Below, piece after piece: positions 35,167 through 49,839 of a DNA stretch of 64,000 bases (the first letter of the stretch is position 1; each line of letters begins with the position of its first letter). The stretch comes from Mobula hypostoma (Eukaryota). The position numbers and the translations under genes were made by a program. The notes below the pieces were generated by a model. The model saw nothing but the letters and a program-made list of their open reading frames with translations, had not been told where the DNA came from and did no database searches. Where the stretch lies: the NCBI RefSeq assembly GCF_963921235.1, contig NC_086097.1:98024001-98088000 (forward strand), in the 5' to 3' direction.

Positions 35167-36066
35167 ATGTGGTAAATTGAATCAGCAAATTTGCTGATGA
35201 TACAAAGATTGGAGGTGTAGTAGACAGTGAGGAAGGTTTTCAAAGCTTGCAGAGGGACTTGGACCAGCTGGAAAAATGGGCTGAAAAATGGCAGATGGAG
35301 TTTAATACAGAGAAGTGTGAGGTATTGCATGTTGGAAGGACAAACCAAGGTAGAATATACAGGGTAAATAGTAAGGCAATGAGGAGTGCAGTAGAACAGA
35401 GGGATCTGGGAATACAGATACAAAATTCCCTAAAAGTGGCGTCACAGGTAGATAGGGTCGTAAAGAGAGCTTTTGGTACATTGGCCTTTATTAATCAAAG
35501 TATTGAATATAAGAGCTGGAATATTATGATGAGGTTGTATAAGGCATTGGTGAGGCCGAATCTGGAGTATTGCATTCAGTTTTGGTCACCAAATTACAGG
35601 AAGGATATTAATAAGGTTGAAAGAGTGCAGAGAAGGTTTACAAGGATGTTGCCGGGACTTGAGAAACTCAGTTACAGGGAAAGGTTGAATAGGTTAGGAC
35701 TTCATTCCCTGGAGCTATGATGGGTATAGATAGAGTGAATGAAAGCAGGCTTTTTCCACTGAGGCAAGGGGAGAAAAAAACCAGAAGACATAGGTTAAGG
35801 GTGAAGGGGGAAAAGTTTAAAGGGAACATTAGGGGGGGCTTCTTCACACAGAGGGTGGTGGGAGTGTAGAATGAGCTGCCAGACGGGGTGGTAACTGTGG
35901 GTTCTTTTTAAACATTTAAGGATAAATTGGACAGATACATGGATAGGAGGTGAATGGAGGGATATGGTCCGTGTGCAGGTCAGTGGGACTAGGCAGAAAA
36001 TGGTTCCGCACAGCCAAGAAGGGCCAAAAGGCCTGTTTCTGTGCTGTAGTTTTTCTATGGTTTCTA
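35167..36066 (+). mobile_element. 5'-truncated CR1, same family as 27801-30637
   Basis: ORF 35247..35720 nearly identical to the C-terminus of 29010..30395. Confidence 0.92.
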
Positions 36067-36656
36067 TATCTGAGAGATGATATTTCTGTCTATAATATAA
36101 TCAGTCATTGATGGCTGTAGCTAATCAAGACTTCACCAATTATCCTGGATCTTCAAAGAGTTGTCAATCGAAGACAATACTTTCAACAGAGCTTACTGAC
36201 CTGTGGGTCACCCACTCACTGTACATTGGGAATAACACATCTCATCTAATTTATTAAACCAAGTAGATCATTGGTTTTTTTTGATAGAGTGAAGCGTTGT
36301 TAATGCCCCAAAATGCCTACAATTAAGTGCATTAGTCCTGGTGTTTTAAATCTTCAGTTTGCAGAGTTGGACTGAGCCAAAGCATTAGATAAGAGGTCTG
36401 ATCTTCAATCCATTTTGGCTTGGCATTCAGCCAGACTGAGACTTGGATTCAATTTTAAGATTGCGAAAAAAGCATCACTTTGTCTGCAGCCAATTGATAT
36501 AGTTCCTCGGAAAATACCCTGATTAAACGCATTTAAGTGCTGACCGCATTAGTAAGAAATTTGGGTTTAAGATTTCATTCATGAACAAGAATTCATATTG
36601 GCACAAGGCTTAGAACATAAAACATAGAAATTTACAGCACAATATCAGCCCTTTGA

Positions 36657-37322
36657 GGACAGATCATTATCCGAATGGTGTCAAGGGGAAGTACAACGAG
36701 ATCTAGGTGTCCTTGTTCATCAGTCACTGAAAGTAAGCATGCAGGTACAGCAGGTAGTGAAGAAAGATAATGGCATGCTGGCCATCATAACAAGGGGAAT
36801 TGAGTATAGGAGCAAAGAGGTCTTATTGAGGGAGTTCAGCGTAGGTTCACGAGGTTAATTCCCGGGATGGAGGGACTGTCATAAGTTGAAAGATTGGAGC
36901 GAGTTGTATACACTAGAATTTAGAAGGATGAGAGGGGATCTGATTGAAACATATAAGATTATTAAGGGATTGGACACACTAGAGGCAGGAAACATGTTCC
37001 CGATGTTGGGGGAGTCCAGAACCAGAGGCCACAGTTTAAGAATAAGGGGTAGACAATTTAGAACAGAGTTGAGGAAAAACTTTTTCACACAGAGGGTTGT
37101 GGTTCTGTGGAATGCTCTGTCTCAGAAGGCAGTGGAGGCCAATTCTCTGGATTCTTTCAAAAAAAGAGTTCAGTAGAGCTCTTAAAGATAGCGGAGTGAA
37201 GGGATATGGGGAGAAGTCAGGAAAAGGGTACTGATTGTGGATGATCAGCCATGATCACAGTGAAAGGTGGTGCTGGCTCGAAGGGCTGAATGGCCTACTC
37301 CTGCACCTATTGTCTATTGTCT
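36657..37322 (+). mobile_element. CR1 3' fragment
   Basis: ORF 36886..37176; (tattgtc)n tail. Confidence 0.88.
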
Positions 37323-37988
37323 TTGGCCCATAATGTTATGCCGACCTATTAACCAAGTGACATTAAATTATTTTTTCTCCTTTTTACATTTTTTTCTCTG
37401 AAAGTCTTTGATCCCGGCTATAGGAACTTGTTAATGGCTTTCTCTCACTTGACAGTGAAAGAAAATACCACAGAGGGGGAGCGAACTCAGCAGTCCTAGT
37501 GAAAGACTTGTCATTTAAATTCATTCAAAATGCAGCTCAGTTGGGAGGGATGCGACGCACAGCACAATTTAGTCACAGATGTTTATGATCATATACTCAT
37601 AGACATTATGATGAATATACTGAAATTTAGTGCTGGCAGCAGATCTTCATTTGTCCTTCATCCAGCTTCAACTTAAATGGAGGACTGCAGGACCTGCCTA
37701 ATGAGATGGCACTGCTCCCAACATCAACGTCTCTGCCCCTATGATCTTGCTTTATGTTACAGAGAAAATAGCCTGTCTCTACGTCTCTGTCTAATTGTTT
37801 TGTCATTTTAACTACCCAAATTAGATCACCACTGGGCCTTGTAAACTCAAGGGATTATGTGAATTTAACATGATATAATACTTACGACCTGAGTATCATC
37901 CTGTAAACCTTTTCAATGACCCTTTCAAGGTCAGGATTTTGGTGTCCAGATTGAATGCAACTGGGGTCTGAACAAAACCGTACAAATA

Positions 37989-40804
37989 TTGGGATCACAG
38001 AGACATGGCTCCAGGGTGACCAGGGATGGGAGCTCAACGTTCAGGGATATTCAATATTCAGGAGGGATAGACATGAAGGAAGGGGAGGTGGGGTGGCGTT
38101 GCTGGTTAAAAAAGAGATTAACGCAATAGAAAGGAAGGACATAAGCCGGGAAGATGTGGAATCGATATGGGTAGAGCTGCGTAACACTAAGGGGCAGAAG
38201 ACGCTGGTGGGAGTTGTGTACAGGCCACCTAACAGTAGTAGTGAGGTCGGAGATGGTATTAAACAGGAAATTAGAAATGTGTGCAATAAAGGAACAGCAG
38301 TTATAATGGGTGACTTCAATCTACATGTAGACTGGTTGAACCAAATTGGTAAAGGTGCTGAGGAAGAGGATTTCTTGGAATGTATGCGGGATGGTTTTTT
38401 GAACCAACATGTCGAGGAACCAACTAGAGAGCAGGCTATTCTGGACTGGGTTTTGAGCAATGAGGAAGGGTTAATTAGCGATCTTGTCGTGAGAGGCCCC
38501 TTGGGTAAGAGTGACCATAATATGGTGGAATTCTTCATTAATATGGAGAGTGAGATAGTTAATTCAGAAACAAAGGTTCTGAACTTAAAGAGGGGTAACT
38601 TTGAAGGTATGAGACGTGAATTAGCTAAGATAGACTGGCAAATGACACTTAAAGGATTGACGGTGGATATGCAATGGCAAGCATTTAAAGGTTGCATGGA
38701 TGAACTACAACAATTGTTCATCCCAGTTTGGCAAAAGAATAAATCAAGGAAGGTAGTGCACCCGTGGCTGACAAGAGAAATTAGGGATAGTATCAATTCC
38801 AAAGAAGTAGCATACAAATTAGCCAGAGAAAGTGGCTCACCTGAGGACTGGGAGAAATTCAGAGTTCAGCAGAGGAGGACAAAGGGTTTAATTAGGAAGG
38901 GAAAAAAGATTATGAGAGAAAACTGGCGGGGAACATAAAAACTGACTGTAAAAGCTTTTATAGATATGTAAAAAGGAAAAGACTGGTAAAGACAAATGTA
39001 GGTCCCCTGCAGACAGAAACAGGTGAATTGATTATGGGGAGCAAGGACATGGCAGACCAATTGAATAATTACTTTGGTTCTGTCTTCACTAAGGAGGACA
39101 TAAATAATCTTCCAGAAATAGTAAGGGACAGAGGGTCCAGTGAGATGGAGGAACTGAGTGAAATACATGTTAGTAGGGAAGTAGTGTTAGGTAAATTGAA
39201 GGGATTGAAGGCAGATAAATCCCCAGGGCCAGATGGTCTGCATCCTAGAGTGCTTAAGGAAGTAGCCCAAGAAATAGTGGATGCATTAGTGATAATTTTT
39301 CAAAACTCGTTAGATTCTGGACTAGTTCCTGAGGATTGGAGGGTGGCTAATGTAACCCCACTTTTTAAAAAAGGAGGGAGAGAGAAACTGGGGAATTATA
39401 GACCGGTTAGCCTAATGTCGGTGGTGGGGAAACTGCTGGAGTCAGTTATCAAGGATGTGATAACAGCACATTTGGAAAGCGGTGAAATGATCGGACAAAG
39501 TCAGCATGGATTTGTGAAAGGAAAATCATGTCTGACGAATCTCATAGAATTTTTTGAGGATGTAACTAGTAGAGTGGATAGGGGAGAACCAGTGGATGTG
39601 GTATATTTGGATTTTCAAAAGGCTTTTGACAAGGTCCCACACAGGAGATTAGTGTGCAAACTTAAAGCACACGGTATTGGGGGTAAGGTATTGGTGTGGG
39701 TGGAGAATTGGTTAGCAGACAGGAAGCAAAGAGTGGGAATAAACGGGACCTTTTCAGAATGGCAGGCAGTGACTAGTGGGGTACCGCAAGGCTCAGTGCT
39801 GGGACCCCAGTTGTTTACAATATATATTAATGACTTGGATGAGGGAATTAAATGCAGCATCTCCAAGTTTGCGGATGACACGAAGCTGGGTGGCAGTGTT
39901 AGCTGTGAGGAGGATGCTAAGAGGATGCAGGGTGACTTGGATAGGTTGGGTGAGTGGGCAAACTCATGGCAGATGCAATTTAATGTGGATAAATGTGAAG
40001 TTATCCACTTTGGTGGCAAAAATAGGAAAACAGATTATTATCTGAATGGTGGCCGATTAGGAAAAGGGGAGGTGCAACGAGACCTGGGTGTCATTATACA
40101 CCAGTCATTGAAAGTGGGCATGCAGGTACAGCAGGCGGTGAAAAAGGCAAATGGTATGCTGGCATTTATAGCGAGAGGATTCGAGTACAGGAGCAGGGAG
40201 GTACTACTGCAGTTGTACAAGGCCTTGGTGAGACCACACCTGGAGTATTGTGTGCAGTTTTGGTCCCCTAATCTGAGGAAAGACATCTTTGCCATAGAGG
40301 GAGTACAAAGAAGGTTCACCAGATTGATTCCTGGGAAGGCAGGACTTTCATATGAAGAAAGACTGGATGAACTGGGCTTGTACTCGTTGGAATTTAGAAG
40401 ATTGAGGGGGGATCTGATTGAAACGTATAAGATCCTAAAGGGATTGGACAGGCTAGATGCAGGAAGATTGTTCCCAATATTGGGGAAGTCCAGAACGAGG
40501 GGTCACAGTTTGAGGATAGAGGGGAAGCCTTTTAGGACCGAGATTAGGAAAAACTTCTTCACACAGAGAGTGGTGAATCTGTGGAATTCTCTGCCGCAGG
40601 AAACTGTTGAGGCCAGTTCATTGGCTATGTTTAAGAGGGAGTTAGATATGGCCCTTGTGGCTACAGGGGTCAGGGGGTATGGAGGGAAGGCTGGGGCGGA
40701 GTTCTGAGTTGGATGATCAGCCATGATCATAATAAATGGCAGTGCAGGCTCGAAGGGCCAAATGGCCTACTCCTGCACCTATTTTCTATGTTTCTATGTT
40801 TCTA
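37989..40804 (+). mobile_element. Young CR1 LINE; ORF2 (APE + RT) with one frameshift at ~38900; same family as 2007-4458
   Basis: ORFs 37955..38938 and 39028..40707; (tttctatg)n tail. Confidence 0.95.
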
Positions 40805-40919
40805 AATAAAGCACAGTGTTCTCCTCTTTGTATTCTGGTCTACTTGAGGTTGATATACTACGGAATTTTTAAATAGCTGACTCCAAAATTATTAAATGAT
40901 AGGGTACTCAAAGCATCCA

Positions 40920-43320
40920 CTTAAGCTCAAACTCAACTTTATTGTCATCTTACTGTATGTATATGTAACCAAGAGGTTGCAAGAAAAACAGTAAAAATAG
41001 CAGATGAAGCATCCTTCAACCTCTGGACCATGGTGCACCCACAAAACATATATCACACAGAGCACATAAAGCAAAGTATCACCACAAATATGTTAATAAA
41101 ATATAATTCAAAGTGCATGTAGTGTGCAGCACAGGTAAACATTAAAGAGCTCACGGTCCGAGTGATGAGACCTCAGTGTTGGCAGGGTATTCATTAGCCT
41201 CACAGCCCGAGAGAAGAAGCTGTAACCAAATCTGGCGATGCTAGTCCTGATGCTCCTGTGCCTTCTTCTTGACAGTAGCGGGTCAAAGAGATTGTGGGGT
41301 GGGTGGTAGGGATCGTCAAGAATGCTTCGGGCCCTTTGTATACATTACTGCTAGTAAATGTCATTAACCGGGGGAAGGAGACACTGGTGATCTCTTGGTG
41401 GCTTTTACTATCCTCTGTAGGGTCTTGTGGTCCAATGCCTTACATCTGCTGTAGCACACAATGTTACAGCCAGACAGGCCTCTCTAGATGATGCTGCTGT
41501 AGAAAGTTGCTAGAATGGGGGCTGGGGAGTTTTGCACATTTCAGTCTCCTCAGAAAGTGTAGATGCTGTTGTGCCTTCTTGACTAATGAGGAGGTGTTGT
41601 GGGTCTAGGTTAGATTGTCCATTATGTGCACACCAAGGATCTTTGCATTCTTCACTCTCTCTGCAGCAGAGCCATTGATGTGCAATGACGAGTGATTGAT
41701 CTGCATCTTCCTTTAGTCCATAATATCTCTTTTGTCTTTTCCATGTTGAGACTCAGGTTGTTGCTCTCATACCATTTGGTCTCTACCTCCTCTCTGTATG
41801 CCCGCTCATCAGTGTTGCTGATGAGGCCAACCACTGTTGTATCATCAGCGAACTTGATGACTCGGTTTGAGCGGGATCTGGCTGTGTAGTCATGAGTCAG
41901 CAGTGCGAACAGCAGCAGGCTGAGCTCACAGCCCTGGGGGGCAACAGTGCTCAGTGTGATGGAGTTTGAGATGTTGCTGACTGGGGTCTTTCAATCAAGA
42001 AGTCTAAAATCCAGTTACAGAGGGTGGTGTTGGCTCCCAGGGAGGAGAGTTTACCCACCGACCTCTGAGGGATAATCGTGTTAAACGGCAAGCTGAAGTT
42101 CACAAACAGTATCCAGGGGTATGATCTATTATTTTCTATGTAGGACAGGATGGAGTGGAGGGCCAAGGCTATGTCATCATCAGTAGACCAGATTGAGTGA
42201 TAGGTAAACTGGAAAGAGTCCGCCGTAGCTGGAAGGTGGGATTTTAAATGATTCACTATCAGATGCTCAAAGTACTTAATGACTGTTAAAGTCACTGCCA
42301 CTGGGCAGTATGCATTATGGCCGGTTACCGTCACTCTTGAACACCAGAATGATGGTGACTGCTTTGAGGCCTGCAGTGGACTGTTTCAAAGAGCTGTTAA
42401 AGATGTCCGTTATGACCTGTGTTAGCTGGGCCGCACAATCCCTCAGCACCCAGCCAGGCATGTTATCAAGCCCCACAACTTTGCGTGGGGTTCCACTAGC
42501 TAGGATCCTCCTCACCTCAGTTGTGACCAGACAGTGTCTGTCCCTCGGGGTGTCTGAGGGCTTTTTCTCAATGTCACATCATTCATTCCGTTAAATTGTG
42601 TGTAGAAGGTATTCAGCCTGTTTGGAAAGGAAGACATCTCTGTCATTGATGCACAGGGTGGACTTGGAGTCTGTTAGGGTTTGTATACCTTGCCACATGC
42701 ACCGCATGTCCCTGGTGTCACAAAGGTGTCCGTGAATTTTCTCTGAGTGCTCTCACTTTGCCTTCCTAATGACACTCAAGAGCGTGGCTCTTAAGAGTCA
42801 TCCTATCCCCGATTTGAAGGTCGTGTCCTGATCTCTGAACGGTGCACAGACCCCTGCAGTCAGCCATGGTTGCTGGTTTGCCCTGGCAGTGTGGTATTTA
42901 ATCACAGTAACGTTTTTAATGCATTTTCCTAGGTAGCCAGTCACCAATCCTGTGTATTCATAAATGTTGACGTGATGATGGAATATGCTGCATTCTGTGC
43001 TCTCAAAACAGTCCTACAGTGCTGAGCTGTCACCTCCTGGACAGGTCATGAACTCTCTGTAAACTCACTGAGTCACTGGTTTACTCATTTGACCCATTTA
43101 ACCAGTGGTCTGTATGCAGGATTAACAAAATGGGTATGTGGTCTGAGTGTCTGAGATGAGGGTTGGAGGGGGGCAGCGGTGTTGCCTCCATGAGTATTGG
43201 TATAGATCAGGTCACTACGTTCATCCTTCTGGTTGCAAAGTTGACATACTGGTCGAAATTCTGCAGAGCTGTTTTCTAAGTTGCCATGATTGAAGTCACC
43301 ACCAACAATGCAGAAACCAT
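40920..43320 (-). mobile_element. Degraded Rex1/Babar-type LINE
   Basis: GLDNMPGWVLRDCAAQL; PVAVTLTVIKYFEHL; VGLISNTDERAYREEV. Confidence 0.75.
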
Positions 43321-43609
43321 TGGGACTAATATCCCCTTGTTCGCTTCACATCAAACTTTGTCATTGTTTCTCCAAGAATATATCATTCGTACACTAATCC
43401 AAGCCAAAATTGTGTCACAGTGCCAGGATATAAAAATGATGGCTCTGTGACCACTCCCACATCAGAGAATTATTTAACAGGATCTAAAACTAAAAGTAGA
43501 AAAAATAAAAACCTTGAATCTGGTGATGCCTAATCCATGGAGACAACATGAGGGTTGGCAATGGCATCAAAGCACTGTGGGTGCTGGAAGCCCAATACTA
43601 GAACAAGGA

Positions 43610-44385
43610 ATGTGCTTCACCTGTGAGTCTGTCAGGGTCATTTATTGTCTCCGGGGCTCACAGTGTGGCCTCCTCTGCCTTGGTGAGACCCAATGCAAAT
43701 TGAGGGCTGCTTTGTTGAACTCCTTCACTCTGTCCGTCGCAACAGCCAAGATGTCCTGGTGGCCATCTATTTCAATTCCACTTCCCATTCCCACATCAAC
43801 ATGTCTCTCCATGGTCTCCTTTATTGCCACAGTTAGACCAGACACAGGTTGGAGGAGCATCACCTCATATTCCATCTGGGTAGTCTCCAATCTGATGACA
43901 TGAATATCTATTTCTCTAACTTCTGGTACACACAACCCTCTGTTCACCTCCCCGCCCCAACCTTTGATTTCATTCATTCTAGTGATGCTCGCACCACTTC
44001 TCTTCCTCTTCCCTGTTCTCATCACCTCCCTCTGGCTCTCCACCTTCCCTTTCTTCCATGGTCTACTGCCACCTCCTATCAGATTCCTTATTCTTCAGTT
44101 CCTTCCCAATTCCGCATACCTGCTCCTAGCTTCTTATATCATCTTCTAACAAACCTCTCCAAATTTCCCCACCCACCTATCTTTCTCCTCACCTGGTCTC
44201 ACCTATCACTTGCCAGCTTTCACTCCTTCCCCTCCTCCACCTTTTAATTCTGGCTTCTACCCCCTTCCTTTCCACCCTGTTGAAGGGTGACGGCCCAAAT
44301 CATCAACTCTTTATTCTCCTCCAGTATTTTATGTGTGTTGCTCAAGATTTCTGACATCTGCAGAATTCTTATTACAACTTACTTC
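43610..44385 (+). mobile_element. Old Penelope 3' fragment (GIY-YIG remnant + pLTR)
   Basis: FTCESVRVIYC...LGET; EEHHLIFHLGSLQ. Confidence 0.75.
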
Positions 44386-44689
44386 CACTTTCTGCTTCTC
44401 ATCATCAGTGGTGTGGAATATCATGCCCTCAAGCCCAGTATCTCACTCACCCATACTACCCATAAAATCCAAGGTCCAAGTTCTGATGCACTATCATAGC
44501 CTGCCAACCCCAGAAGAAGGGGTGCTTAGCAGCTAGCACAACACTATTACAGCTCGGGGCATCAGAGTTCAGAGTTCACTCTTAGTGTCTTCTGTAAGGA
44601 GTTTGTACATCCTCCCTGTGGAATCCGTGGGTTTTCTCCAGGTGCTCTGGATCCCCTCACACAGTCCAAAAACGGACAGATTAGTAGGA

Positions 44690-45097
44690 TCCTTCATCAA
44701 CTGTGGGATTGAGTTTAAGAGCAATGAGGTAATGTTAAGACTATATAAGACCTCAGTTAGACTCCACTTGGAGTACTGTGTTTAGTTCTGGTCACCTCAG
44801 TACAGGAAGGATGTGGATACTATAGAGGGAGTGCAGAGGAGATTTTCAAGGATGTTGCCTGGATTGGAGAGTGTGCCTTATGAGAATAGGTTGAATGTGC
44901 TCGGCCTTTTCTCCTTGGAACAACGGAGGATGAGAGGTGACCTGATAGAGGTGTATAAGGTAATGAGAGGCATTGATCTAGGGCTATGGGATAGGGAAAT
45001 TCTTGGTAGTTTCTGGAGTAGGTTACCTGGTCGGCACCACTTTGTGGGCCAAAGGGCCTGTAATGTGCTGTCGATTTCTATGTTCTATGTTCTATGC
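44690..45097 (+). mobile_element. CR1 3' fragment inserted in a SINE
   Basis: IEGVQRRFSRMLPGL..RRMRGDLIEVYK; (ttctatg)n tail. Confidence 0.8.
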
Positions 45098-45599
45098 TAA
45101 TTGGTCATTGTAAATGGTCCCATGATTAGACTAGGTTTAAATCGGGGGTTGCTGGGATTGTGGCCAGAGGAAGGTGTGCAGACAAGGGGTCAGGGTTGTG
45201 ATCAGAGATGGTGTCGGGAACATTTGCGTTATTTCCTGTTGTCTTTAAACTGACCTGGTTCACTGGAAATTTTATTGTGCTACTCCGTAAAAGTGCACTG
45301 GGTAGTAATAAGAGTAACACCCAATAGTCAAGAAAATCGGCACGTCTAGTTGTACCAAAGTCTTGTGTTGCCAGATTATCAGAGTGTAATTGTACCTTTG
45401 AGGTGCTTTATGGTCTTGCCACACCCAGTAGTATTTTCCTTGTTCACAAATCCATTGCCATTGACTGCTGTGTCTCTAAGATCCTTATCCATTGATAGTT
45501 GGCCAAGAGATGATGGCCTAGAAGTCAAACTGAACTGAAACTGTGTAAGGTCAATATATTCTAGTGTGATAGCCTACCCTTGTGTGAATAATTCTTATA

Positions 45600-47977
45600 G
45601 TGATTTTTGGGAAGGTAGTGCAGAAAATATGTGATAGCATTGCAGTGGTGGTAGCTTTCTGTGAGGGGGACTGGGAGTTGCACCTCCATGCTATAAGAAC
45701 CATGATCCCATGGTGCTTTGCCTATGATAAGATGAATTATGCCAGGTACCTGTCCCCTTACTTTGCTCAGATGATGAACCTCCCAGAGTAGAATCCTTCT
45801 GTGTATGAGGCCTTCAAGACAGGCCAATTCTCAGTGCAGCTGTCAAGTAACAACCCCTTTGGGCAGATCCCTGTGGACCAGGCTATTGAAGCCACAGTGA
45901 ACAAAGACACACAGACTCCTGGAGACACATCACAGTTCAGCCTGAATGCTGGAGCTATCAAGCATTACTACATAACAGCTGAGCACCGCAGTGCATTCCT
46001 GGGACAGTTAAGGGAGATGGTGCAAGACAACAAATCAGAGCTTTGCCATGCAGAGCTACAGAGGCCAAGAATCCAGAAAGATGAGGAAGCAGTTTCACCA
46101 GTGGTTAGCCTCGTACATGAATGGGTCAACCGATTTGCAGAGAAGCAGGACCTTACTAACATCTCTACAATAAAGGCAGCCCCCAAGGACATTGCCTCCG
46201 ACCTGATGAAGGCATATGAGATTGGTGAGTAATACTATGCAATCTTCAAGGATGAGAGACTAGAGGAAGACCCACCAGCAAAAAAAAAATTCCATGACCC
46301 AATGAAAACCAACAAGCTGAAAACATTCAGTGATATGTGTAAGAAGAGAGAAGTGAAATCAAATGGGAGGGCGATCATCTTGAAAGCCGACAGGTCTTTG
46401 TTTGGACGCATCCTAGTGATGGCACAAGGGCACAGTCTACGTCTGGAGGATATCCTTCCTCATCCCCTTGGACCATTGCCCTGGGCCCTGTCCACACCAG
46501 AAGGATCGCTGAGAAAAACAAATAAAGCTACTTTAGCCACAACCTTGCAGAAAAATGTAGCAGTAGAAGAGCAACTCCCAGGAAACTCTGCTACAGTGGT
46601 TGATGAAATGAACTTGGTCCAAAGAGTGAAAGGTGATCAAGTTACTTTCAGAGATGTTGCCACAACAATTCTGGGTATGGCTCTGAGGGAAGGCAGTCAA
46701 AGTAGCAGAATAGATGTTGTAGTCAACACATACAAGGAGAACTCTATCAAGAATAGTGAAAGATCTCTACCGGGTGAAGAGACTGGTCATGAGTTGCAAG
46801 GTATCACAGGCACACAGACGGTGAGGCAGTGGAGGAGCTTCCTGACCAAAGTCAGTAACAAAAATAGTCTCATTAGCTTCAATAGTCCATGGATGGAGGA
46901 AGGCGGAGTACAGAGCAAAGCTACAGAAGATTCTGTATGCAACTGTGAATGACAAATGTTACATAATCACATCTCAAGACAGTGAGGAGGTATCAGCTCT
47001 TCAGTGTCAACAAGAAGCAGATGGCCACCTACTTCTCCATGCTTCCCATGCCACATGAGAGGAATACCAATCTGTAGTGATCTGCTCAGAAGACACAGAT
47101 GTCTTTATCACGTCTCTAGCATATTTGTGGGACAAGATTGAGGCCCCATTGTTCCAGAAGTGTGGCACTAGAACCCGTACAAGTCTTGTAGACATCAGAA
47201 AGGTTGCTGCCACTGTTGGTATAGAGGTTTGTAGGGCTCTCGTCAGGTTGCACAGATATACAGGATGTAAGACTGTAAGTGCTTTTGGAGGCAAAGGGAA
47301 GACAAGTGCCCTAAAACTTCTGACCAGCAACAGGGAAACTCAGGACACATTCTTAGAGTTGGGTCAGGAATGGGACCTCTCCCCAGAACTGATGGACAAA
47401 CTGGAGGCATTTACTGTACGTGTCTCCTGTATGCCCCAAAAGCATCGACCACCGAGGTCAATGAGCTCAGGTATCACATTTTCTGTGCCAAAAAAAGGTG
47501 AAATCGAAAGTCATCAACTCCCACCGTGCAAGTACTGTTTAACAAAACATGCACAGCGAGCCAACTACCAGGCTGGTATATGGAGAAGATATTTGGAGAA
47601 GGACCCACAACTGCCAAGCCCTGTTGGCAGAGGATGGAAGATGGAGAGAGAAGAGGAAGCTGAACAGTTGGTGGTGCACTGGATGGAAGGCCAGCCAGCA
47701 CCCGATGCCATCCTGGATCTACTGGCCTGTAACTGTCCAAAAAAATGTTCACTCCCAAGATGTATGTGTGTTGCAAATGGCCTCAGGTGCACTGACATGT
47801 GTAGACTGGCAGACTGTGAGAACCAGGCATCCACCTCAGAGCGTGTGGAAAGTTCAGATGAAGATGTGGAAGACGTAGAAGACTTTATTATGATTATTAA
47901 TAGGTTATGAAAGTAAAACAAAGTATGGAAAGCAGCTTTTGATTAAATATATTCATTTTACAACCAAATGGGGTCTA
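45600..47977 (+). mobile_element. Academ-like (AcademX) DNA transposon remnant, 5'-truncated: transposase C-part, XPG/FEN-like nuclease, Cys-rich finger
   Basis: Pieces FAYDKMNYARY, PVDQAIEATVNKD, HPLGPLPWALS, RIDVV, EAD..LLH, CSEDTDV, TGC.TVSAFGGKGK, HAQRANYQAGIW, CNCPKKC..CMCVANGLRCTDMC..CEN; candidate terminus ggggtcta at 47977. Confidence 0.7.
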
Positions 47978-48014
47978 GGTTATGGCCATGTGGAACCCCA
48001 CATTTGAATTATTG

Positions 48015-49391
48015 TACTGTTCACCAATGAGAGGGAACTTGATGATAGTGAGGACAATATGAGTGAGGTTGATGTTCTGCAGCATGTTGATATTAAGGGA
48101 GAGGAGGTGTTGAAGTTGTTAAAATACATTAGGATGGATAAGTCCCTGGGGTCTGACGGAATATTCCCCAGGCTGTTCCACGAGGTGAGGGAGGAGATTG
48201 CTGAGCCTCTGACTAGGATCTTTATGTTCTCGTTGTCCACGGGAATGGTACCGGAGGATTGGAGGGAGGCGAATGTTGTCCGCTTGTTTAAAGAAGGTAG
48301 TAGGGATAGTCCGGGTAATTATAGACCAATGAGCCTTATGTCTGTGGTGGGAAAGGTGTTGGAAAAGATTCTTTGAGCTAGGATCTCTGGAGGATTGGAG
48401 GATTGTGACTAGTGGTGTCCCACAAGGATCTGTTCTGGGACCTCTACTTTTCGTGATTTTTATTAACGACCTGGATGTGGGGGTAGAAGGGTGGGTTGGC
48501 AAGTTTGCAGACGACACAAAGGTTGGTGGTGTTGTAGATAGTGTAGAGGATTGTCGAAGATTGCAGAGAGACATTGATAGGATGCAGAAGTAGGCTGAGA
48601 AGTGGCAGATGAAGTTCAACCCGGAGAAATGTGAGGTGGTACACTTTGGAAGGACAAACTCCAATGCAGAGTACAAAGTAAATGGCAGGATACTTGGTAG
48701 TGTGGAGGAGCAGAGGGAACTCGGGGTAGATATCCACAGATCCCTGAAAGTTGCCTCACAGGTGGATAGGGTAGTTAAGAAAGCTTATGGGGTGTTAGCT
48801 TTCATAAGTCGAGGGATAGAGTTTAAGAGTCGCAATGTAATGATGCAACTCTATAAAACTCTGGTTAGGCCACACTTGGAGTACTGTGTCCAGTTCTGGT
48901 TGCCTCACTATAGGAAGGATGTGGAAGCATTGGAAAGGGTACAGAGGAGATTTACCAGGATGCTGCCTGGTTTACAGAATATGCATTATAATCAGAGATT
49001 AAGGGAGCTAGGGCTTTACGCTTTGCAGCGAAGGAGGATGAGAGGAGACATGATAGAGGTGTATAAGATATTTAGAGGAATAGATAAGAGTGGATAGCCA
49101 GGGCCTCTTCCCCAGGGCACCACTGCTCAATACAAGAGGACATGGCTTTAAGGTAAGGGGTGGGAAGTTCAAGGGGGATATTAGAGGAAGGTTTTTTACT
49201 CAGAGTGTGGTTGGTGCATGGAATGCACTGCCTGCGTCAGTGGTGGAGGTAGATACACTAGTGAAGTTTAAGAGACTACTAGACAGGTATATGGAGGAAT
49301 TTAAGGTGGGGGCTTATATGGCAGGCAGGGTTTGAGGGTCGGCACAACATTGTAGGCCGAAAGGCCTGTACTGTGCTGTACTATTCTATGT
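48015..49391 (+). mobile_element. CR1 fragment with internal deletion
   Basis: ORFs 48059..48376, 48405..48593, 48609..49097 and 49090..49335. Confidence 0.9.
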
Positions 49392-49839
49392 AATTCTATA
49401 TGCTATGACAAAAGCTTAAGATTGTTTTGATTTGATACAACAATATGGAAAATATCATGACATTGATAAAACTCCAGAAATGTCTCCAAATGAGGTTTTT
49501 TACCTTTTGGGGGGGTGGGGTAACATTTTCTGCTGTACTGATGTTAATATGGAATATATACAAAATGTGATTACTTATTTGAAGTAATAAAGCTACCACT
49601 GGTGCAATGCTATCACATGTTTTCTAACTCTAGAGATGTATACCTTGCCGAAAATCACTATGAGCATTATTCCCCTCAGATGGTACTGACCGACCCTACT
49701 GACTCACGGACTGAAGGATCATTGCAGAAAATCTTTCCTACCAATTGCAATAATCATATTCAACAGTTCATCTCTGTGCAACAGGAGAACACACATGATA
49801 GTACAATAGTCTCTGCTTTATTATTTTGTACATTATTAC

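Noticed and set aside
38041..38817. Long antisense ORFs over CR1, Penelope and Gypsy (also 60376..61125, 22986..23681)
   Set aside because: Shadow frames of retroelement coding sequence.
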